Position numbers and translations under genes: made by a program | Shown here: positions 57,221 through 64,000 of the stretch, one piece after another | Numbering within the stretch: the first letter of the stretch is position 1 | How the letters are laid out: each line of letters opens with the position of its first letter | The notes under the pieces: model-generated | Databases searched by the model: none | What the model saw: the letters and a program-made list of their open reading frames with translations, nothing else | What the model was told of the DNA's origin: nothing | Assembly (NCBI GenBank): GCA_039028735.1 | Contig: JBCCHQ010000016.1 | Coordinates: forward strand, 1,758 to 65,757 | Direction of reading: 5' to 3' | DNA: 64,000 nt | From: Planctomycetota bacterium | GTDB lineage: Bacteria; Planctomycetota; UBA8108; UBA1146; JAJFFE01

Positions 57221-58777
57221 TTATCCGGACTTTCCGTGACTCGACTTGCGCGGCCCCGCGGGCCCCGCACTGCGGCTGTGGCCGCTGCCTGTTCTGGCTG
57301 TGCCAGAGGGCTTCGCTCCAGAGGGTTTCCCCCCCGGCTTGCGGCGCGGCCGCCGTCTCTTCTTGGACCCTGTATTCTTCGACGCCGGACCCTTCTTTCG
57401 TTGAGGGGTCGCTGCGTCTTTTGTCTGTTTTGCCGCGCGCGCCGCGCCAGCGCCCTTGCTAGCTCCCTTTTTTCGTGGTCCACGGGGGCGCCGCCGGCGC
57501 CGCCCCTCGTCTTTTGGAGCCGGGACCGGGGGCAGCGAGCGGACCTCGTCGACGAAGTCGTCGACAGCGTCGCTGGGTTCCTCGAGGATCCGGACGATCT
57601 CGGCCGCCTCTGGCAGGTAGTGCCGCTGCTTCAGTGACTGCGGGATCTTGCCGCGATCGATCGCGCGCTGCAGCCGATGCCAAGCTCCGAGCACGTGCCA
57701 CAATCGCTCCTGATCGCGACGGTAGACACGCATGTCTCGAAAGATCGGCTCGAGCTCTTCTTGGAAGATTTCCGCGACAGAACCGTCGTGGGATGTTTCC
57801 TCGACGTCGCGGGCAATCGGCAAGATCAGCGGCGCGAAGAGAGCAGCGAGCCCCTGCGCGTGGGTCACTTCCCGGCCGGCAGCGCGATTCTCGTCGATGC
57901 GATCGAGGCACTCGAGAAACAAAGCCTTGCCGCTGCGGCCGCCACGACGGCGAAACGTCTTGACGAGATCGGGCACAAGGATCTTCAGAAAGTCGTGGTC
58001 GTGCAAATCGGCGAAGAAGCGCGCCGCGCAACCACTCGACAGGTCCTTGTAGATTTCTTCGATCAGCCGCGCGGCGTTCGCTTTGTGAATCTCTTCGCGC
58101 TCTGTGTGGAGGGCGCGTCGCGTCGCCGGCTCCAAATCGAAGCCAAGTCGCGCTGCATGCCGCAACGTGCGCGTCATGCGCACGGGGTCTTCGCGAAAGG
58201 ACGCAACGGGGTCGCCGATCGTGCGCACCAGTCCTGCGCGCAAGTCATCGACACCGCCGACGTAGTCAATCACGCTGAAGTCATCGATGTTGTAGAACAA
58301 GCCGTTGATCGTCAGGTCCCGGCGCAGCGCATCCTCTTCGGCCGTGCCATAGACATTGTCACGCTGGATCAACTCACCATCGCGCACGATTCCATCGGAT
58401 GCAGACGTACTGCGAAACGTAGCAACCTCGATAATCTTCTCACCAGGGTAGTGCAGATGAGCCAGCCGGAAGCGACGCCCGATGATGCGACAGTTGCGAA
58501 ACAGGCGCTTGACGCGGCGCGGCCGCGCATCCGTCGCGATGTCGAAGTCCTTGGGTTGCCGCCCCAACATCAGATCGCGGACGCCACCACCGACGAGATA
58601 GCCGCAGTGGCCGTTCTTGTTCAGCCGGTAGAGAATACGCAGAGCATCGGGGTCGATGTCTTGCCGCGAGACATTGTGTTCGGAACGAGGGACGATCCTG
58701 GGTTCCAAGTGGTCGCTTTCCACGCTCCGCTGAGGTCCTGAAGAGGACGCGCCAAGCCGTCTTGGTGCTTGATCCAT
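57221..58777 (-). CDS. Poly(A) polymerase / CCA-adding nucleotidyltransferase family (PcnB-like) with Lys/Arg-rich C-terminal tail
   Basis: GYLVGGGVRDLMLGRQPKDFDIATDARP head domain motifs. Basic tail (KKGASKGAGAARAAKQTKD...). Confidence 0.75.
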   Translation of the reverse strand: MDQAPRRLGASSSGPQRSVESDHLEPRIVPRSEHNVSRQDIDPDALRILYRLNKNGHCGYLVGGGVRDLMLGRQPKDFDIATDARPRRVKRLFRNCRIIGRRFRLAHLHYPGEKIIEVATFRSTSASDGIVRDGELIQRDNVYGTAEEDALRRDLTINGLFYNIDDFSVIDYVGGVDDLRAGLVRTIGDPVASFREDPVRMTRTLRHAARLGFDLEPATRRALHTEREEIHKANAARLIEEIYKDLSSGCAARFFADLHDHDFLKILVPDLVKTFRRRGGRSGKALFLECLDRIDENRAAGREVTHAQGLAALFAPLILPIARDVEETSHDGSVAEIFQEELEPIFRDMRVYRRDQERLWHVLGAWHRLQRAIDRGKIPQSLKQRHYLPEAAEIVRILEEPSDAVDDFVDEVRSLPPVPAPKDEGRRRRRPRGPRKKGASKGAGAARAAKQTKDAATPQRKKGPASKNTGSKKRRRPRRKPGGKPSGAKPSGTARTGSGHSRSAGPAGPRKSSHGKSG

Positions 58778-58858
58778 GGCCCCGGGAAGGTGCGACGATG
58801 CGCGGCACCGCGGAACCGAATCGTCGGATCATAGGCCGTCCTGCCAGAGGCCACAAGC

Positions 58859-60292
58859 CTACGGCGCGGGCCAGGGGCGCTGTGCCCAGGGAGCGCTCCG
58901 GGCACCGGCAAGCAGGCTCCACAGGGTTTCACGAACGTCCTCGCCAGGACTGAAGAAGTTCACGCGCCCCCCGCCAGCCTTGGCCAGCTCACGAAAGCCG
59001 GGCACCGAGCGGTACTCTTTTTCGCGCAAGAAGCCGATCGTATGGCAGACATGTTTCTCCGGAGAGCCATGCGCCCCTTCGACCAGAGCGACCATCGCCG
59101 CGATACGGTCGTACGGCGGCGGTGCGTCGCCAATCACGACCAGCGCGTGTTCGCTGTCGGGCTGCCACGAGAAACTCTGAAAACGCAGCGCCTCGAAGAT
59201 CGCTCGGTCGACCCCCTCCGGGACATCGCCGCCCCCCTCTGCACGCCAACTCGTCGTCGACGCCAGGAACGCATCGACATCGGCAGTCAGCGCGAAAGAG
59301 TCGACCACCTCGTCGCGATAGCCGATCCACCCCCAGCGGCGCCCCGCGGCAGGATCGGCGAGGAGGGGCAGCTGCGCGGCCAAAGCCTGCTGCAGGGTAG
59401 CGAGCTCGCCGGCCATGCTTTCACTGAGATCGACCAGTAACAGTAGGTCGCGCGGTCGAGCTGGGTGGATCGCGCTCCGCCACGTCGCGACCGACGCTGG
59501 CAGCCGCTCTTGCGCCCGCGGCCACAGCTCGGACCAACGCGCTTGCAAATTCTCGACGATGGGTCCTCGTGCTGCTGGAGCCAAGATCGACAGCTCGGTC
59601 CCGATCGGCTGCTGCACCGCCGCGGTAAGCCAGGCGTAGTCGTCACTGCTCACCAAGCGCGCGACGGCCGCTTCGCGCAAGAAGCCGCTGCCCCAGGCGG
59701 CCGCGGCCAGGTAGCCGGCCAGGCGGTCGATGTCATCGGTCGCCGGCGACTGTACGCAGGCCCACAACAACACCGCATCAAGGTTCGTCGGCAGCGGCAG
59801 AGAAATCGCAACCGGTCGAGCGCTGTCGTCAACAGGCGTCGTACCCACTGCGGGGGGCAGCGCTGTGGCTCCGCGGTTGTTCGCTTCGATGCGGGCAGCG
59901 CCGCCGTTCGTACCGGTGACCACCGCGTCTGTAGGCACGGCCTCCGCATTCACTTCGGCCTCGATTGGAGCAGCGACCGGAGCATCGACGTCCGCCGTAG
60001 TGGCCGTCGGCTCAGCGATCGGCGGTGGCGTTGGAGTCCCGGCCCCGTCGGTTGGATCAAGCGTCGTAGCAGCTGGTCTCCCAGAAGCCGGGGCGCCACG
60101 GGGAGTGACCGGCGATTGCGCGGCCGTCTCCAGGGGCGGCTCCGTGTCGCTCCCCGTTCGGGTCCACAGCATGACCAACAGGATGCTGTTGAGAACAGTC
60201 AGCCCCAGAACGAGGCCGACGACGAGATACACCGGCTCGCGAGAGCGCAGCGTCACTTCCTGGCCACAGCGACAGCGGTACTGAATCGACAT
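58859..60292 (-). CDS. Zinc-ribbon/TM/von Willebrand factor A-domain protein
   Basis: N-terminal CRCG...C-like ribbon, one TM, and vWA MIDAS-like LLVDLSESMAG near the C-terminal half. Confidence 0.55.
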   Translation of the reverse strand: MSIQYRCRCGQEVTLRSREPVYLVVGLVLGLTVLNSILLVMLWTRTGSDTEPPLETAAQSPVTPRGAPASGRPAATTLDPTDGAGTPTPPPIAEPTATTADVDAPVAAPIEAEVNAEAVPTDAVVTGTNGGAARIEANNRGATALPPAVGTTPVDDSARPVAISLPLPTNLDAVLLWACVQSPATDDIDRLAGYLAAAAWGSGFLREAAVARLVSSDDYAWLTAAVQQPIGTELSILAPAARGPIVENLQARWSELWPRAQERLPASVATWRSAIHPARPRDLLLLVDLSESMAGELATLQQALAAQLPLLADPAAGRRWGWIGYRDEVVDSFALTADVDAFLASTTSWRAEGGGDVPEGVDRAIFEALRFQSFSWQPDSEHALVVIGDAPPPYDRIAAMVALVEGAHGSPEKHVCHTIGFLREKEYRSVPGFRELAKAGGGRVNFFSPGEDVRETLWSLLAGARSAPWAQRPWPAP

Positions 60293-60512
60293 CAGAGACG
60301 GATCCTAGCGCAGCGACGAAGGAGGGAGTCTCCGGGCAAGCCCCAGCGACCCCCGTATTGTAGCGGATCGAACGCTCAGATGGGATTCGGGCCTCGATGG
60401 AACCCTCTGTTGTTACCGTGGCGGTGAGGTCCCTGGGTTTGTTGAGATTGCTGAGTCGAAAATGACGGGCGAGATCGCTGCAGCAGCGACCTCGGGTCAC
60501 TGCCTGGGACAG

Positions 60513-61166
60513 CTACTTGCGGTACTTACGCACCACACCGACCACGACGCCACGGACCTCGACCTTGTCGGTGTAGATCGGATCGAGAGCCTCGTTGGCC
60601 GGCTGCAGGCGGAAGCGGCCCTGATTGGAGTTGGCGGCATCCGGCTCGCGGTAGAGCTTCTTCAGCGTCACTTCATTCTCGGGGAGGACCGCAACGACCG
60701 TCTCTCCGTCGTCGGCGATCTGACGCCGCTCGACGATGACGAGGTCACCGTCGCGAATCCCCTCGTCGACCATCGACATCCCCCGGACCCGGAGCGCGTA
60801 GTGCTCCTTCCCCATCGGGATCAGGTCGGCGAGGTCGACCGTCTCAGGATTCTCCACGGCTTCGATCGGTCCACCGGCGGCGATGCTGCCGAGCACCTCG
60901 ACCGGGAGAATCTCGCCGTCATCTCCGGCAGCGTCGTCCGGAGGCAGGTCCGCGTAATCAGGATCGAGGATCTCGAGGGCCCGGGCGAGGTTTGGCTCGC
61001 GGCGGATCGCCCCCTTCTTCTCCAGCTGGCGCACGTGATCGTGGATCGTGACCCGCGAAACCCCGAAGTTCTGCGCGATTTCTTCGAGCGTCGGCGAGAG
61101 CCCACGCATCTTGCGGTAGTGCTGCAAGAACTCCAAGACAGCGAGTTGGCGATCTGTGTAGAACAT
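60513..61166 (-). CDS. lexA: LexA repressor (S24 peptidase)
   Basis: N-terminal wHTH (LTDRQLAVLEFL..., VSRVTIHDHVRQLEKKGAI), Ala-Gly cleavage site, S24 catalytic region (VRGMSMVDEGIRDGDLVIV...K). Confidence 0.85.
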   Translation of the reverse strand: MFYTDRQLAVLEFLQHYRKMRGLSPTLEEIAQNFGVSRVTIHDHVRQLEKKGAIRREPNLARALEILDPDYADLPPDDAAGDDGEILPVEVLGSIAAGGPIEAVENPETVDLADLIPMGKEHYALRVRGMSMVDEGIRDGDLVIVERRQIADDGETVVAVLPENEVTLKKLYREPDAANSNQGRFRLQPANEALDPIYTDKVEVRGVVVGVVRKYRK

Positions 61167-61182
61167 ACGCTCCAGCTCTTAA

Positions 61183-61260
61183 GCGCGAACTAGGTTAAAC
61201 GCCGCACTAGGTTAAACGCCGCACTAGGCTAAACGCCGCACTAGGCTAAACGCCGAACCA
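61183..61260. repeat. Four tandem 19-bp direct repeats (GCCGCACTAGG[T/C]TAAACGC) directly upstream of lexA
   Basis: Seen directly: cgcactaggttaaacgc x2 then cgcactaggctaaacgc x2, head-to-tail, beginning about 20 bp upstream of the lexA ATG. Confidence 0.85.
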
Positions 61261-61707
61261 GGCCATGACCAAAAGTCCACCGAGCGCGACCCAGAACCAA
61301 CGGTCCCCCGTCATCGCGTCCGCCGAGGCTTCCAACGGCGCCGTCAGAACGGCCGTCGCGGCTGCCTGTTCGGCGGCGCGCTCTTCGAGCGTCGGCCACG
61401 GGATCACCGGCGCAGCGGCCGCCTGAGCCACCTCGGTTGGAACCGCGGCAACCTTCGCTGGAACCGGCTCTGGAGCCGTTTCAGCGATCACCTGCTTCAC
61501 GCGAGCCGATACGTCGTCGAGAGACAGCTGCTGCAGATTCTCACCGGCACCTTGCCAGCCACCTCGACGGAAGCTCTTGCGGCTGCCAGCGCGACTGCGA
61601 CTGCGCGTGGGCGCCTTCGTCGATGCCGTCGTCGAGGCCTGTGGCGTTGCCTGCGGGGAACCGATCTCTGGTGCACTACCGAAGTTCAGCTCTGTCTGCT
61701 GCGTCAT
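61246..61707 (-). CDS. Hypothetical small protein with C-terminal TM
   Basis: ORF only. Overlaps the repeat array at its 3' end. Confidence 0.25.
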   Translation of the reverse strand: MTQQTELNFGSAPEIGSPQATPQASTTASTKAPTRSRSRAGSRKSFRRGGWQGAGENLQQLSLDDVSARVKQVIAETAPEPVPAKVAAVPTEVAQAAAAPVIPWPTLEERAAEQAAATAVLTAPLEASADAMTGDRWFWVALGGLLVMAWFGV

Positions 61708-61993
61708 GAGACGCGCCTTCCCTTCTTCGGCGGTCGATTCGGGAGGCGCAACCAGGACTCTGACTGCGGGTGCACGGCATTGGGGATTCGCCGCGATCCG
61801 CGAGTTGCTCTGGACATTCCTCCACGAGTCGGGTATCCCGCCCGCGGTGTTACGATAGGGAAACTACCCTAACAAAAACCGAACGTCAACAGGCGTTCTC
61901 CACAAAATTTCCACGCCATCGGTCCGCCCACGCCTGAGGACCCATCCCACCCCTCGATTCTGCGTGGCTCGCGCCCTTGAAAGGATTGTCCTA

Positions 61994-63253
61994 ATGAAGC
62001 CTCCCCGCCCAGTTTACGTCGCTGGTGGCGCCCACACGCCGTTCATCGGGAAGTTCCATCCGGACTTCATCTGGAAGAAGCATCCCGACTTCGGGAAGCG
62101 CGAGAATCCGGGGCTCGAGCAGTATTTTCGCCTCGTCACGGACGCGGTCTTCGCGGATCTCGGGATCGATCCCGGCGTCATCGACCGTGCGGTCGTCGGC
62201 AATTTCGTCGGCGAACTGTTCTCGAGCCAGGGACATCTGGGCTCGATGCTAGTCGCGGCCGTTCCCGGGCTGAAGTACAAGCCCAGCCACCGCGTCGAGG
62301 GTGCCTGTGCGTCGGGTGGCCTCGCAATCCAGTCCGGGCTCGACATGATCGCCGCGGGCGCCGACATCGTTCTCGTCGTCGGTGCCGAGGTGCAGACGAC
62401 CTTCAACGCGAAGGACGGCGCCGACTTTCTGGCACGAGCCGCGCACTACGAGAAGGAGCGGCCGATCGACCCGTTCACGTTCCCGTGCCTGTTCGCGCGC
62501 CGTATGAAGGCGTACTTCGAGAAGAATGGTGGCGAGCCCGGTGACGTGGCGCCGATCGTCGTGAAGGCGTACGAGAACGCAGCGAAGAACCCGAACGCGC
62601 ACATGCGGGAAGTGGGCATGAAGCTCGAAACCGCGCAGGCCGCGTCCGACAAGAACCCGAACTTCCTCGAGAACGAGGAGTACAACCCGTTTCTGAAGAT
62701 CTCCGATTGCTCCCAGGTCTCCGACGGCGCTTCGTGCGCGATTCTGGCGACGGCTCAGGGGCTCGAGAAGATGGGGCGTTCCCCGTCGGACTGTTCGCAG
62801 ATCGTCGCGTCGGGCCATGCGGCCGGGCCGTTGGGGGATGTCTCCGACCTCACGGATATGGATGTCTCGCGGCACGCGGTGCAGCAGGCCTATTCAAGCG
62901 CTGGCTGGAGCGCCAGCGACGTCCAAGTGGCCGAAGTCCACGATTGCTTCAGCATCACCGAGGCGCTGATGTATGAGGCGCTCGGTCTCTGTGAGCGCGG
63001 TGACGGGGTCCGCTACGGCGCCGACGGCAACACGACTCTGACCGGCAAAGTTCCGGTCAACACGGGCGGAGGCCTGATGGCGTTCGGGCACCCAGTCGGT
63101 GCGACCGGCGTCAAACAGGTCGTCGAGATCCATCGCCAGCTGCACGGTCTCTGCGGCGACTACCAGATCGGTGGCTCCCCGACGCGCGGCGCGACCGTCA
63201 ACATGGGCGGCGACGACCGGACCTCTGTCGTCACGCTGATCGAGAAGGCCTAG
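61994..63253 (+). CDS. Thiolase-like protein (SCP-x/non-specific lipid-transfer-type thiolase family)
   Basis: AAAGGA RBS. VYVAGGAHTPFIGKF, catalytic Cys region (VEGACASGGLAIQSG), C-terminal GGGLMAFGHPVGATG. Confidence 0.75.
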   Translation: MKPPRPVYVAGGAHTPFIGKFHPDFIWKKHPDFGKRENPGLEQYFRLVTDAVFADLGIDPGVIDRAVVGNFVGELFSSQGHLGSMLVAAVPGLKYKPSHRVEGACASGGLAIQSGLDMIAAGADIVLVVGAEVQTTFNAKDGADFLARAAHYEKERPIDPFTFPCLFARRMKAYFEKNGGEPGDVAPIVVKAYENAAKNPNAHMREVGMKLETAQAASDKNPNFLENEEYNPFLKISDCSQVSDGASCAILATAQGLEKMGRSPSDCSQIVASGHAAGPLGDVSDLTDMDVSRHAVQQAYSSAGWSASDVQVAEVHDCFSITEALMYEALGLCERGDGVRYGADGNTTLTGKVPVNTGGGLMAFGHPVGATGVKQVVEIHRQLHGLCGDYQIGGSPTRGATVNMGGDDRTSVVTLIEKA

Positions 63254-63512
63254 AAGCTCAGACCCGGCTGCAACCGACGCGGTCGGGATCGGTCTATCAA
63301 GCGAAGGGCCGCGGCGACTGGGCCCGGAGTGCGCCCCAGGGGCCGCTGATGTCACCGTTTGCGGCTCGCTGGCAGTATCATCGAGTGCGTCGGTCCCCAA
63401 GGCCGGGGTGTCGTGTTACTTTGGGACCACCCGCGAGTAGTTTTGGCCAGCTTCGAGTCCTCTCGATGGTGGTCCAGGCCGCCAGGCCGAAGTGAATCGG
63501 AGGCCCGCGTCG

Positions 63513-64000
63513 ATGAGTGCAAACCATCGCAAGCTTGCCGCCGCGATCGCCATCGCGGCGTTGCTGGCTGGTCTACTCTTCTGGGTCTTGCGTGACGGCT
63601 CAGGCGGCACCAGCGCCGCCGGACGCGATCAACGCGCCGGTACGACCGACAGCACGGGGGACGGTCCGAGCGATCGGAACGCGACCCACTTCCCGGACGC
63701 CGACCCGACGCGCACCGATCCCGGCAGTAGCCGCGGCAGCCAGGACGCAACGACTGCGTCCAACGAAGCGTCGACCACAACGACTGACGGGGGCGGCGAC
63801 GGGGACGGTGGCTACTGGATCACCGGCAACGTCGTCAGCGACGACGGCACTCCGTTTCCCGGTGCTCGTGTCGAACTGCTGCCCAATCGCGGGCCGCTGT
63901 TCACGAAGGCTGCCCTCGAAATGATCCAGCGAGCAACCGAGGACTCCGCTCCAATCGCCGCCACGCGCACCGTCGGCGGCGGCAGTTTTCGTATTCAGGC
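63513..64000 (+). CDS. Secreted/membrane-anchored protein, partial (runs off the right edge); carboxypeptidase-regulatory-like domain start
   Basis: ATG at 63513. MSANHRKLAAAIAIAALLAGLLFWVL signal/anchor, low-complexity linker, then YWITGNVVSDDGTPFPGARVELL (CarbopepD_reg-like). Confidence 0.5.
   Translation, partial: MSANHRKLAAAIAIAALLAGLLFWVLRDGSGGTSAAGRDQRAGTTDSTGDGPSDRNATHFPDADPTRTDPGSSRGSQDATTASNEASTTTTDGGGDGDGGYWITGNVVSDDGTPFPGARVELLPNRGPLFTKAALEMIQRATEDSAPIAATRTVGGGSFRIQ

Noticed and set aside
63517-63924. ORF-track ORF 63517-63924 + (GTG start)
   Set aside because: Its translation is Arg/Pro/Ala junk. The overlapping frame starting at ATG 63513 encodes a coherent signal peptide plus CarbopepD-like domain and runs off the window edge, so it is missing from the track.
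1-64000. Looked for integrases, transposases, phage structural genes, toxin-antitoxin or restriction-modification genes as signs of a mobile or defence island
   Set aside because: None recognised. PolB here is a standard Pol II-type enzyme with the full exo and pol motif set, and lexA is nearby. This is consistent with SOS functions rather than a defence system.

Overview
High-GC (about 65-68%) bacterial chromosomal segment with dense coding on both strands and no rRNA, tRNA, CRISPR, integrase or transposase that I could recognise. The gene content suggests a Planctomycetota-like or similar lineage with a complex envelope (inference only): an ECF sigma factor coupled to a Ser/Thr kinase, dockerin-module secreted proteins, pseudopilins and TPR proteins. 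The ORF track uses GTG/TTG as well as ATG starts and lists many antisense ORFs that I treat as GC artefacts. Main content, left to right: (i) an ECF sigma factor translationally coupled (ATGA) to a membrane Ser/Thr kinase that runs off the left window edge; (ii) a 739-aa secreted Cys-rich repeat protein with a C-terminal dockerin-like module, and two further secreted proteins with the same module at about 25.8 kb and 49-50.5 kb; (iii) an unusual membrane-anchored protein with four EF-hands, a PEP-utilising swivel His domain and a PPDK_N/ATP-grasp domain, next to a VTC-domain and DUF4956 gene pair; (iv) housekeeping genes: PolB-type DNA polymerase, HtrA, GlcE/GlcF-like, RpiA, a B12-binding radical SAM protein, an ArsR/SRPBCC pair; (v) a roughly 15-kb sugar-nucleotide/glycan island (27.1-41.9 kb) with a NeuB-like nonulosonic acid synthase, a heptose route (split transketolase, GmhA, a reverse-order HldE-like nucleotidyltransferase-kinase fusion), three SDR epimerases/dehydratases, a 782-aa Maf/CgeB-like putative glycosyltransferase, a HAL2/CysQ-like phosphatase, an alkyltransferase-like (ATL) protein, and a striking secreted Cys/Lys-rich protein built from nine tandem 14-aa repeats (42-bp DNA repeats); (vi) a GspI/J/K-like pseudopilin trio immediately downstream; (vii) small-molecule modules (dehydrogenases, HAD, APH-like kinase; GT2, methyltransferase, FAD oxidoreductase, radical SAM, metallophosphoesterase); (viii) PcnB-family nucleotidyltransferase, zinc-ribbon/VWA protein, lexA with four 19-bp tandem repeats in its upstream region, a thiolase-like gene and a partial secreted protein at the right edge. 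All family assignments are from motif recognition by eye; no database searches were run.
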